Source: Marsupella aquatica
Taxonomy: Eukaryota > Plantae > Marchantiophyta
Reading direction: 5' to 3'
Assembly: GCA_973895155.1 (NCBI GenBank)
Contig: OZ316891.1
Coordinates: 22,835,884-22,899,883, forward strand
DNA: 64,000 nucleotides
Shown: in pieces, positions 12,278 through 25,054 of the stretch
Layout of the letters: every line of letters begins with the position of its first letter
Numbering within the stretch: the stretch's first letter is position 1
Notes under the pieces: generated by a model
Databases searched by the model: none
The model's input: the letters and a program-made list of their open reading frames with translations, nothing else
What the model was told of the DNA's origin: nothing
Position numbers and translations under genes: made by a program

Positions 12278-15200
12278 ATGAAATTGTGCCAAACGAATGG
12301 GCTTTGCAATCGGCGCCAGTTGTCTACAGGCATTGGGAATGGTGTTGGCCTGGCAGAGGTAGACCAGCACACAGGATGCCTGAAATTTGGTGTTGGATTT
12401 AGAGGTACAAGGCGAGCTGCTAGGATTGGGTTGCTACAGGTCTCTGATGGAATGTGCAAGCGAGAAATGCAGTCTTTCTCGTCACCTTTGTCACCGAAAG
12501 TATGGAAAGGAGGGTGCCATGACGTAAAATCTAATAGTCAACATAATAGCTTGTCAGGGGGAAGAAGGGGAACCAGAGAGTTGTCAAGATGTGGGAGCTG
12601 CCAGTGTGTGGGTGGTGCATTAGAGCAACCTGGTGTAAATATGAATTTGTTCAGCCAGAGCCAGAAATTAGCTATGTCCAACAGCAATTACAGCAGAAGT
12701 ATAGGAATAATGGCCTCTAGGCGGTTGACCACCCGACTTTTGGCCAATTTGCGGTTATTACACTCATCATCATCCTGCTCTGCTGCTGGTGCTTGTCAAT
12801 CTTGCTCCCCAATTAGTTGTACAGGAATTTTGAAAGGAAAGACGGACTTGGGAAGGACACCATTGTTAGTATCCTTAAAAAATCTAGGAGGGCAGAAGCA
12901 GCAGGAGCAACGGAGGAGAGGATTGTCTGGGGGAGGTGTGGATTGTCGAGCTGTTGCAGTCATTGGAGAAGCTATAGTTGCAGCTGCCGCTAGCACTCGT
13001 CCCAGCCATGCTGCAGCACTGGCAACCGTTACGCAGCTGGCGGTAACTGCAGCTGCCGTGGTTTACGGTGCATTTATGTCCCCATATGCCCACAGCCTCA
13101 TTGGGCTAAATGATAAGAGCCTCCCTGGTATTTTGAATTCCTCGCCTTCAGCTCCTCTCTGCCCAAGAATATAATTTTCAAAACCTTCATCTTCATTGAA
13201 ATTTACTCTCCCTGGTTGGTCGATATGGGTACTTTTGCGTACGTTTCTTTTGTAAGCAAAATGATAAGGATGTGCATCACATTGGACCCTTCTCACCTGG
13301 AGATCCCACTCGTAAGTTATTGAAGGATAACTCATCATGAGGTGGAACCTGCACCAAAAGTACTGCTAAAATTGATTGAACCATCTCATCCATTTTGCTG
13401 CAGATTTGTCACTTTTATTTTCCCTATTGTCCTGTTGTTGCCATCATTGGCCGGAAATGTGATCCAGCTTCAATTCATGGAAAGTCAGAGCCAATCTAAT
13501 TTTGTCTCTCTTTTGTAGTTCGTCTCGAGTTTGATGGAATCGACGTCACTGACTACAAGATATTTGAGGAGCCTGAGGTAAGGAAAAATCATTTTTGCCA
13601 TCAGTTCGCTCTTAGCCTTGAAGGTTAGAAATCCTCAAGCTTGGATTGGGAGTTCTTAGCCACAGTCGAGTTTGGTCTTTTAGTCCCATCGCTAGGTGTA
13701 ACGACAGAGCAGGCCCTTCCACGCCTTCTAGCTTTTTGGATATATCGCTGATTGATTTGGGGAGGTTTACTGCAGTGGCCAGACCTCAGACTAGAGGCAG
13801 GCCTGGAGGTTACCACGAGCTTGTACTGAAGAGCCTGTCACTCTTCCAGGTCCAGAAAGCTATTGTTTATGCAAGGGAGGCTCATATGGGGCAAATGCGA
13901 AAAACTGGAGAGCCGTATATAACTCATTGTATTCACACTGCCAGAATTTTGGCAGCTTTAGTTCCATCAAAAGGCAAAAGGGTACTTACTTTTCACATGA
14001 ATGTTGGTCTGAGCATTTGCAGGCATCTTAGGTTTCAGATTCGGGCAATAACTTTCTCTCAAGCACATGTGTCTCTGGTTTCGAATTTTGGGTGGATTAC
14101 TCTCACAAGGCTAATTGACATAAAATAAATAAATTGTGCCGCTGTTCTGCTGTTGCAAAGGTCTTCTATTCAGTCATTGTAACTCAAACGAAGGCTATTC
14201 TCAGATAGGACCCCAAGTATGTGGAAATAGCCTGCCATGTTCAGGACATACCCTTGGATTATCAGATTGTTTTTATGGTGAATTTGCAGGCGGTCCAAAC
14301 TGTTGTTGCTGGAGTGTTGCATGATGTTGTTGATGATACAGTTCAAGATCTTCGGGATGTTCGAGAGCACTTTGGAGAAGACGTAGCAAGGCTTGTGGGT
14401 GCGGTGTCTAAGTTAAGCAACATTAACCAGGTATGTTCAATTCTTTGCCAAGAGAGCACGAATTGCTTGAATGTTAGTAACGTTCACGCAAAAATAAAAT
14501 AAAATACGAGTTCTCTAGTTTCTATCTCCTTGGGCTCCTCACATCTCCCAGTATATTCTCTTGTTTATTCATTACTTATATGTTGATTTCTAGCATCTCA
14601 TCTCAAATTCTGAACTTACGGTCTGAGCTGCTTACTGCCGACCGCAATTTAGGCCTTAGGCCGTTTGGGTCACAGCAACTGCTGATCGTTTATTTCCTGT
14701 TCCAGCTCTTGCGTAGGCACCGGAGGATCTCAGCAGATCAGAATGCCACAGAAATAGATGGTTTGAGTACTGCAGAGGTGAGAACTGTATATAGCAAAGT
14801 TTGTGGTTTACCTTTCCATTGACCAGTGTCTCGCCTAAGGTTTTGGCTTCCTCCTCTTGTTTGCTGTGTGCATTCAAAACCGTGGGCATTTTCTTGGCAA
14901 AACTATGATCGTCTGAGGTAATTGCAATCGCTAATGTGTTTACTACCTGTTTTGTAACCAGGTGGACAGCTTACGTGTAATGCTCCTGGGCATGGTTAAT
15001 GACCCTCGGGTGGTTCTCATCAAACTAGCTGACCGGTTGCACAATATGCGAACAATGTAAATATCTGTTTAGTGATTTCGATTTCAAATGGTATACCCGT
15101 ATCTGTTGCATTTAAGAACTAAATTCTTTTCTGTTTTGAATGCCAACCAGGTATCCGTGTGTTTGTTGGGTTCCCGACTCAGTGCAAAAACTTTGACAGG

Positions 15201-18200
15201 ACTCACTGATGATGTACAATCTGGCGTTTGCTTTGCCTTGTGTAGTTATGCTCTCCCACCAGCAAAGGCTTCCGCTGTAGCACAAGAAACTCTGGCTGTT
15301 TGGTGCTCATTGGCATCAAGACTTGGTGTATGGACTGTAAAGGCAGAGCTGGAGGATCTATGTTTTGCAGTCTTGCAAGTGAGTCCCATAATACTGGCAT
15401 GGATATGATCAGGAATCTCGCGCGCGACTTTAGACTCGTGTGTATTGTATGGTGTTCGAATCTCTACAGCTTGAAATGTGTCTATTTGGTTCTCCCTACT
15501 TGTTTTCTCAAATGTTGTTCTCTTTTGGTATGTGGTTGGAGACAGCCTAAAACTTTTAGACATCTCAGGGCAGCTCTGGCTGCAATTTGGAGCCCAGACA
15601 AAGACTGGAGGTACCTAAGGCGAATAACTAAAAGAGCCAAGAGAAGAGCTCTGCTTTATGGTGATCTGACAGACAAAGAACCAGAACGCAAGCCCGATCC
15701 GGAAGATGAAGAGGAGTTGTCGATGAAGGTATAAGAACGTCCTTTGCATTGCAAATGACGAGCTCTGCTGTATCATCAGCTTTGAAAAGAGTGTGTCAAC
15801 CCACTTACGTACTAATGCGAGCGAAAAGCGTCTATTGTTTTTCTTGAAAGTAGCTTTCGTTTCACTTTCTTTTCCCTGTGCTTATCTGGAGGCGAGAAAG
15901 ATTTGACAAAGTTTGAGTGCATAGTAACATGGCAAACTTCTTCTGCCCCTGCTGCAATCCTAAACTTCCTGCCCATTCGCCCCCCACCGTTCTCCCTCGG
16001 GGCCAGCCCGTAGAGATTAATCCAATAATACGTGAGCCAGGAAGCTATGGTTATTGTTCAATGTACCACAGATGTCTAACATCGAGATGTAGAGTTGAAA
16101 CTTTCTGATCTGGCAATTGCATGAGCAATCCTTTTCTTGTATCCGAGAACATTTTATTTTGCATTGTATACGGTTGGGACAGGTTTATTTCTAACCTGCC
16201 AAGTCCGCTGGTACGAGCTGCAGGATCTCCTGGAATCAGTGGTGTCTTTTGATGTTCTTTTGGACCGTAATAGACGACGTTCTGGTTTCAATTGTCCTCT
16301 AACCGGAAAAGATGGGGCGAAAAAAAAGATAAAGGTGGTAAGGGATGCTGAAGTCGCTCTCGCTGCCCTGGGTGCTTGTGAGGAAGCACTTGACAAAGAG
16401 CTTTTGATTTCAACCTCGTGAGTGACTCACATGGCCTTAAATGGTAGCCCTAATGTCAAGGAATATCAAACATAGACCAAAGTCCTCCATAAATTCGTTC
16501 TTCTGATATTGCATTGTTCTCGAGTTAGTCGTCATCCATCGAACTTAAAGCTACTCTTTTGTGTCAATATGTCTGGAAATGGCTGTAGCATTATGAAGCT
16601 GGTTGTGCTCAGGTTTCCTTTTCAGGGGGAGTTCTCTAGTTGTAAAATAAACCCTCCGTCGAAAAGATCTAATCCCTGTGCTGTATGAAGGCGCTCAGCC
16701 GTCTGTGATCAGCTAAACTTCAATCCCTTGCTTTCATTCTAGTGTACTGCATCAGTACGGATTTACTTACCAAGAAATCATGGAAGCCAAAGCTTGTTCT
16801 CGGCTGGCTGGGGTTGGTCACGCTCTAGAGCATTATTGTGACGTTTTTACCAGAGTGGCTGTTCTGGCCATCTTTACATTCATTGACTGTTTTCTGGCTT
16901 TCTTACAAAATCATTGCATGGTGTTTTGTGCAGATATGTCCCTGGGATGGAAGTAACTCTTTCTAGCCGTCTGAAAAGTTTGTACAGTACACATTGCAAG
17001 GTTAGTTATCCTGCGTTTTATGTTCTATTCTTCATGTCTTGCTCAAAAGAGACGTGGTCCTATCTCACCTACCGGTTTTTCAACAGATGAGGAGGAAGGG
17101 TGTAACTTTGGATGAAGTATACGATGCTCGCGCATTAAGGGTGGTTGTTGGAGATGGTGGTGGGAAACTGCATGTGGCTGCTGTTGAGGGATGCTACAGT
17201 CTTCTCAATGTTATTCACAGGTAATGTAGGTAGAAACGGGAAGGTCCGGTGAAAGTTGCCCTAAGAGTCAATTTCCTCCGTGTGGGCCATGCGTTTACCT
17301 TGATGTAGTAAGAATCTGGTCCAAAGGCGGGCATTGTTGTTTGATTGCTCGTACATGATTTCATTGATGAAATGGCATTACATGTTGGCAGTTTCTTGCT
17401 CGGTTAATGTTTCTCTGCGATACACATCAGCGTATATCCCTGTTGATACTAGCTCAAGGTATTGTTTCCAGTCAAATTGAGCTTGTTCGATGTTTTGGGA
17501 TAGGTTGTGGACTCCGGTTGGGGGGGAGTTTGATGATTACATTGTCAACCCAAAGAGAAGTGGATACCAGGTCGGCCTCGTTGTCACAGCTTTTTTGACT
17601 CCATGGTTGTTTGTCTTAGCTGGCTATATTAGTACAATGCAAGACTCTGATTTCAAGAAAGAATTTAGATTTGCGGGATCTCAAACTGGTGGCGGAATTG
17701 TATTAGCACTTTGCAGTAAGTATGCTTTATTAAGTCAACCGTGAGAATTATCTACAAGTCCAGTTTGTAATGACGCCGTGGGACATCGCTGCTCCAGTCT
17801 CTCCACACAGCTGTAATGGGCCCCGATGGAGCACCTATTGAAGTGCAAATTAGAACTCAGGTGTGTGCTAGCCAATGATTCCTTTCTATAATTCTTTCCA
17901 AACATGTTGGTATATTGTCCCTCTAGTGAAAGTCTCGAAAACAGTAAAATTCTGGTACGAGGTGGGAGAATTGTAGTTAAGGATAGATTACAAGATTGTA
18001 AAGACCTAGAAATGTTTTTGAGTAATGTTGATGACAAATGAAAATTCATAGGTGGTTGTATTGAAGTGGTCATTTCACAGATGCTAAACACCCTAAAACG
18101 GTATCATCGATATCAAGGATTCCAGTACCCATTTGTCTGTATGGACCAAATATTGCAGTGGCTATTTTCAAAAATGTTAATAAAACTAAAAAAACTCATT

Positions 18201-20492
18201 ACCCGACTTTCGTTGACAAATCCCTTCCATTTTTTTTAGCGCGTGAGGCATACACGGTACAAAATGGTCCCTATTATTTAGCATGCACTGGCTTAGGTCC
18301 TGGTTTTTATTGACTTCGTGAGGACAGTGCGTCCTTTGATTGTCTATTGAAGCATAGTTGTCAGTGTAGGTTTTAGTTAAAGGAACCGGGGGTAGGGAAT
18401 CTCGGCAATGGTGACCGTCATACATATATAGTGGTATGAAGATGTTCTCATTGTGAAGAGCATGCTTGATTGACGTGTTTGCCTTGCCCCATCGACAATG
18501 TTCGTAAATTGTCAATACGAGGACATGCCCTGACGCTGCTTTTTTCTTTCATGAAGGGAATGCATGAATATGCGGAGTACGGACATGCTGCTCATTGGCT
18601 TTACAAGGAGGGTGACAGTGCTATAAAATCTATGGAAGCTTTCACCGAAACTCTTATGTCGTCTTCAGCTGATAGTGAAAGCGCACATGTTGATCACGAG
18701 ATTGATGAGGAAGAATTCAGTGGATATGGACGAGAATACAAACCTTCTCGGACTGCTGAAAGAGTTCCCCCGAGAGCTGCTCAGATAGGTCATCCAGCTC
18801 TGAGGATTGAGGATGGAAGGCTGCTTGCTGCTGTTATTGTGAGGTAGTTTCTCTTTTGCCGAATCCTTCCACTGGAGTGGAAAGCTTGGAGAGCCGGTGA
18901 GAGTGATAGAACTTATCCTTTTACAACATGCCTATCTCTAGGGTTTCTAAATGGGCAAGTCGGGAGCTCATTTTTTATTTCTCAGTGCAGGGGGTTCTTT
19001 CAAACCACTCATTGGCTGATTTGTAGTCGCTGGTACTATTTTTCTGGTATGTCTTGTAGAGTGGATGACGAGGGAAGGGAACTGCTGGTGGCCGTAAGTT
19101 TCTCTTTGCGAGCAAGGGAAGCCGTTGCAGCCGGTCGGGCTCGAAATCAGAGGAAAAGATGGGAGGCATATGCTCAACTATATAAAAAGGTGCTTGCGTC
19201 CTCCTTATTGAGTATAACTCTTTGTTGCTGAACTTGTTCATTCTTGAATTTGATATGTCATGCGGGAGTACCTTATTGTAATCTTAGTGGATGAGACCAA
19301 ACTAAAATGGTTATTTCCGGTAACAGCCTTTCTTCCGGAGATGTCAACAAAGACATTGGGCCTGCCATCTATACCTTGTCCATCCGTAGGGGACAAATTA
19401 ACACCAAAGTTTGAGATCTCTTTTATTTAGAGTGATCCAGGTGCATGAGCAGTAATGTGGAAACCTTTTGTCTGCAGGTTTCTGACCAGTGGTGGTTTGC
19501 ACCCGGCCATGGAGACTGGAGCACTTGTTTGGAAAGATACACGTTGTGCTCCGATGGGATGTACCACAAGGTTGGACTTATTTTGTGTTGCATTTCCAGT
19601 TGCTACAGATGTGTTGGAAATCTCTTTGATCATCTTGCAATGAACTTGTAACGTTTTGTCCGTAGCTTTTTGGTCTTAATCTTAAACTCTGGGGTCTATT
19701 TCAGCAAGATCAGTTTCAAAGGGCATTGCCAACCTTCATCCAGCTTCTCGACCTCAATGAACATGAACAAGAAGATTACAAGGAGGTGATGGAAATGGTC
19801 CAAGAGGGTAGAGAAGTGAGAGTAGAGGAGGACTTTGATATTCTGGAAGAAAATGAAAGACCCCTTATGAATGAGTCGCAATCTGGCGTATCAACAACAC
19901 GCATGAACAATAAGGTGAGATGTCCGTATTTAGACCCACATGGCATCTTCTGGCGTCAATGCATTCATAATTGAAGCTACTCTCTGCTTAGACTAAATTT
20001 ACACGCTACGATTTAATGCTCTTGACTGCTTCCTGGGGAAAGCATGCGCCATCCAGAATATTTGAGAAGATTCTTTTCATCAAAGAAAGGAACATGGTAA
20101 GGTTAGGGGAAAGTTGAGTGTAGATATCACGTTGGTCTAGAATTGAAAGAGCATTAAATGCTTTGACCCTCATTGGGGTGCAATTCTTTCACTTGGAATA
20201 GGTGAGGCTGCTTCGATCAATGCTGCAGTGGGAGCAAGAGTTCAGGCACGAGGCTGCCCTGGATGGGTCTGTGACAGTTCTGAATCCTGAGCATCCTAAC
20301 TCAGCGGCTCTCACGGAAGTCTTGGTCTTACGGTGGCCTGATGGTGAGATTATGCGCATGCCAGCTGGCAGCACTGCTGCCGATGCAGCAAGACGGTTAG
20401 GTATGGATGGCAACATGGTATATGTCAACAGTCAACTTGCCCTTCCGCACATGAATCTGAGAGATGGAGATTTAGTGGAAATTAGATCGTGA
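12278..20492 (+). CDS. RSH: RelA/SpoT homologue ((p)ppGpp synthetase/hydrolase; HD + SYNTH + C-terminal TGS), probably plastid-targeted, ~1066 aa. Exons: 12278-13127, 13519-13577, 13850-13981, 14290-14430, 14706-14777, 14962-15056, 15246-15378, 15546-15728, 16224-16417, 16934-17000, 17087-17220, 17504-17570, 17798-17860, 18557-18843, 19060-19189, 19478-19570, 19705-19914, 20202-20492
   Basis: All introns are GT-AG with consistent phases (3201 nt in total). Motifs: AHMGQMRKTGEPYITH, AGVLHDVVDDT, VVLIKLADRLHNMRT, SRLKSLYS, YDARALRVV, EFDDYIVNPKRSGYQSLHT, EVQIRTQGMHEYAEYGHAAHWLYK, MPAGSTAAD...VNSQL...LRDGDLVEI (TGS). The exact start codon is uncertain. Confidence 0.93.
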
Positions 20493-22982
20493 TTTGTACA
20501 ATAGAACTTGCTAAGCTCGCACTCTTCCCGAAGATTTCAGGATGAGAAGATCTGAATCAACCTTTCGGGTATTGCATTGTCCTGATTTGCTCGACGTCTT
20601 TGGAGATTCTTGTTGTTCCCAATAACTTTACCATTGCTCTAGGGTGCTCCACATTTTTGTGACATTCATATTGCTAACAATTTTAACACGTGGGTGCACT
20701 CTATTCCTAGTGTTATAGTAACAGATATTGAATTAGCCTGGTCGTACACAGTAAGGTAATTTAGCCTAGTTTAGGCATTATTAGTGTCCGATGTGGCCTG
20801 TCAGTCAGTGGTTAGTCCGACGCCCTTTACAGTGGTTTTTCAAGGTTTAGGTAATTACTTGCTTCTGTCATCCTTATTGTAGATATAAGACAAACCAACA
20901 TGGCAGGAGTTCAGAAAATTCTATTCGGTCTAATTTGCACTGAAGAAGTCATGGGCCGTCATGACGGAGATTTCTTGGACAAAGTAGTAGTATGCTGGAC
21001 AGGAACCCTGTGGAGGAGGTCTAAATGGAAGTAAGAGTGTTCATCCCATCATTGTACATATCCTAGATCAAAGTTTCAAAGCTGGTCTTGGAGATTGCCT
21101 TCCCCATAGGCTTCTCTATTTCCAACCTGCTCACGGCTAAACCTAACCGCAGGCTTCTCCGTTCAAGTTTCTTATTTAAAGTTGGTTGGTAGTTGGCATG
21201 TTTGGATTAGTGAGAGGCTACGTTGTGCAGTGTTCTCTTATGAATGACCAATCTGTCGTTGAGGGGTTCTGCGTGTACAGGGAAGGCAAGGAGAGCTCCT
21301 TCCTGTAGCGTGGAATGGAGTTTCTAAGAAGAAATTTCTCCTCCCTAGTAAAAATATTTTCTGGTTCTCTTGAGTTGGGCAACTGAAGTCTGTCTGTATG
21401 CCAGTATCCAACAAGTGCTAAATTTGAGTTTGATTGCTACACTAGAGAAAAGCAACGAATTCTTTTTGATCGCTCACTATGGTGCCGTGAAACGAAACTG
21501 CCTGGACAGTCTTCACACCGTGCTTCCTTTAGAAGTGGTTGCAACGAGCTGCAATTGTGATTTGGTGCACATGTGGGTGTGTAAATGAGTCCTTGGCCGT
21601 GTCCATCTTGCTCTTGTCGTCATTGCACTTGGACAGGAGAATCTAAGTTTGAGTGATGTACCTCGCGGAACTGGGTTGATGTGGCCGAGTTTTGCTTACT
21701 GTGCATTGCCTAAACGGTGAAATTGCTTGTTTCAAAATTATACGGTAAAGTACATGGTTTCGCTGACACTTGCTGTGTCTGGGGTCATAAAACTTCAAAA
21801 CTGGAATTGTCATAATCAGTCAGATCTGCAAGATGTCCGTCATCAATACCCATGAATTTTGCCTACTTAGTGTCGTCCATGTTCTTATTCACATGCGCAC
21901 ACATCCAGCAAGACATTCAGCTCCATCGCACAAACTGAATCTCCAGCCTTCATCTTGAAATTCGTTGGTCCATTTCTGTGGCAACATGACCTAGGTCCAT
22001 CGAGGTAGGTCGGAGGACTTGGGGCCGGGATTGTTCACTAAAGGAAAGGTTCTTGGGCAGGTTTTATTGTCGCTACTCTTTTGGATCCCAACGAGGACAA
22101 CCTTACACGCGGGACGGTGTTTTCAAGGTGGGCAACATCGTTGCCAGTACCAGAGATAGCCCTCGTTGTGTTTGACAGATTTGAAAGATTGCCACCGTGA
22201 CTTCGTCTAAATGCTCCCATCATTGATCCTGCTAGTTCAACATCTCACCAACAGTTTTGCCAAATTGCAAGAGGTCCTGTAATCACACATTCACGCATTT
22301 CACACTTATGCTTAGGACTGCTGGTTGGCCATCGGAGTTCTGAGTCTTCGTAACGAAAAGCAGTTTGGTGAGTCACTCATCTAGCTCAAACCCCTTTTTT
22401 CCGAACTCCCAGTTGGTTAATGGTCTGCGTAAGACCGATACAGCACTCGACCTTATGACCTTATGATCTTGAGATTTACGGAAGCAATTACATCGTAGCA
22501 AACTTGTATTGGTAAAGGAGACATGATCATCCAGGGGGTTATCAGTCCACCGCGGCGAATCCAGCAACAGCTGCCATGCCCAAGCAATTGTGATATGTTC
22601 AGCCCTGAGAGGGTGACATGATTTACAGCTCAAGTTAAAGCTGCAAGCAACATTGGAGAATTTTACAAAATTGACCTCACCGGGAGGTTACAAAAAAATG
22701 GATGTCGGGGCTGCAAAATGCTGTATCAGGCCGACGAACATTAGTATACAACGCTGGGCTTTGCGTCTCGTCCAAGAAGGATTCTTCCAATACAATTTCG
22801 ACCGGTGACCCATGGGAGACAGCAGCTCCAGTGTTCGATTGGTGACCTAAGATGGGAGAGAGCAGCTCTAGTGTAAAGGTGGGGCAATTGCCGAAGATGT
22901 TAATGAGGATTCTCTTAATGTGATAAGGTAAACGAACCAACGTCTTCTCTCGCTTCTTCAGAGGTGCTGGCCATAACAATTG

Positions 22983-25054
22983 CTAGCTTTTCACCATAAC
23001 TCGATGACGAGGGCTGCCTACTTGGTGACTCTGACTGGTAAGATGCTGTCCGTTCAACCCATTTACTACTTTGCTGCTAAAAGTCGGGTTCAGGCTCGCA
23101 AGCACTTTGCGCACCTCGTTTGCCAACTCGACTATGTCCTCATCCACACACTCCACGCCTGTGGAGAAAAAAGGCGCACAAAGGTCAGAACGTTGCATAT
23201 CTGGTACAGTACACCACGGCCAGAAGGGCTATGTCCTTTGTGACCGGATCCTGTCCTGCGGTGCTTGCTAAAGGTGGCCTTTACGGTGGAATCTGGGAAC
23301 ATATGGAGTGCATCAAATGCACGAAATAGATGCGGTCGTGTGACTTGGTCATGTGACTTACCAATCTCCTGGAGAGCCTCCTCTAGACGAAAAAGGTACT
23401 CATGATTGGGTCCAGAGGGACCGTGAGATGTGGCGATCTGTCTGTATACATGGGAAGGAAACTGATGTAAGGTTTTTGTCCGAAGGATAGTCCGGTGCTC
23501 AAGTTAGAACACCCATTCAGAAGAGGTATTTCACCTATCCGTTCACACACTTCAAAGAATCGACGACTAATTGGGGTTATTCTCAGACTGAAATCCAATG
23601 GGGGAAATAGGAGGAACCCAACGAAAAGGGGAGGGAAACAGGGACAAGACAGAGTCAGCTGTTACCTGGCCATTTCCTCTAGAGAAGCAGGACCCAAATA
23701 GGACATGTTTGCCGGTGACGAAGTGGCAATGTAACTGCGTGTGACATTGAACAAGGTCAGTGTCAAACCCGACTCTCACTGTCTCTGCTGACAATGAGCG
23801 AGATTTAACCGCGACAAATGAATCAAGTCGCAAAAGCTCGTTTTGTAATAAACCTAGCTACAGAGCATCCAGTTTATAGAACAATCCATATTTCGGACAG
23901 TCTACTCACGTGAGGACTCCAGTTATTGCTGGAGTGTCTGGTGAATTGAGGGTGTAGAAATTCAGGAAAGCTTTCAAGTCATAAGCTCGCTCTCTCACAT
24001 CCAAGTACTGCGGATGCAACCGACCTTCATGTTAGAACACCCTTGTCGACATCATAGACTCCATTCATTTAAAAAAATTGAGGTAAAACATGCAGTCTAG
24101 AACCTAAGTCGAGGCAATTGTTTGGAAGAAACCTAGGGAGAAAATGAGTAAGCACCAACATCAGACCTCGAACGCTTTTGTTCAATTCAACCACAAAGTG
24201 CACTAGCAGTCCTCTGGACATGATTTTCCTTTCGAGCGAGACAATACTCCGATCAGCTATGGCATAACCGTGAAAATAAAACTCACTGGTGAAGTGATTT
24301 GCAACATTTTTCAACTGATTTGGCTCCTTGTAAGGTGACTCTGGCGTACCAACAGGTTCCATATCACCGGGTAATCTAGATTACAAGAGTCATTAAATTG
24401 TGTAGGAAAGTGTGTCCAGGAGCGATGAAGTAACAGACGTTCAGCCAGCTATGGAGTTCAAAGTTTGAAAAACAAATCATTACGTTACAAATCGCACTGG
24501 AAAACAGATGATCTCTTACCGCCATCACGATCTTTTCTTCGTCATGGCCGCTGACACGGAAAGCAGCACCCCACTGTTCAGATAAAAGCGGAGCTATGTC
24601 AGGTAACTGACATCATCACCCAGAAGTACGATGCAAAAAATAACTAACACGGCTGAAAGAGAGGATAATTCACTACGAGATCAAACGAACCGTGATGGCT
24701 CCGTCGTGCTGTTCTAACGTTACTGTCCTTCCAGGCTTCTCGATAGTACCTCGATGGTCAACACTACCTGCGCCATGAGAAGGGTTTGCGAAGGTCAGCG
24801 CTGCATTAGTTTTGTACAATGGGGAAAAGCACGGAATGTACTGTAACTCAGATGCAAAGCAAACAGATAGGACAGCAGATCCAAAAGAATCTGAATGTGT
24901 GATACTGGCCCGCATTGTCTTATTCAAGTATTAAAACATGCTGACCTTGGTGGAACACACGCCTATAATCCTTTACGTAACCAATGACGCGCTCATCGTA
25001 GTTAAAGCCGGTCCGCCAAATTAGGGATCCGTAGCCGAAGACCCACAGAACCAT
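22983..25054 (-). CDS. GGCT2: ChaC-family glutathione-specific gamma-glutamylcyclotransferase (GGCT2), 220 aa. Exons: 25054-24946, 24767-24691, 24573-24520, 24007-23910, 23734-23666, 23441-23362, 23158-22983
   Basis: [22 protein letters not shown]...PGRTVTL, WGAAFRV, YLDVRE (catalytic Glu), [22 protein letters not shown] introns in phase, 663 nt. Confidence 0.95.

Noticed and set aside
12278-25054. RSH and GGCT2 as a functional stress gene cluster, or a bacterial transfer
   Set aside because: Both are ordinary intron-rich plant nuclear genes in convergent orientation; adjacency alone is no evidence of a shared system.
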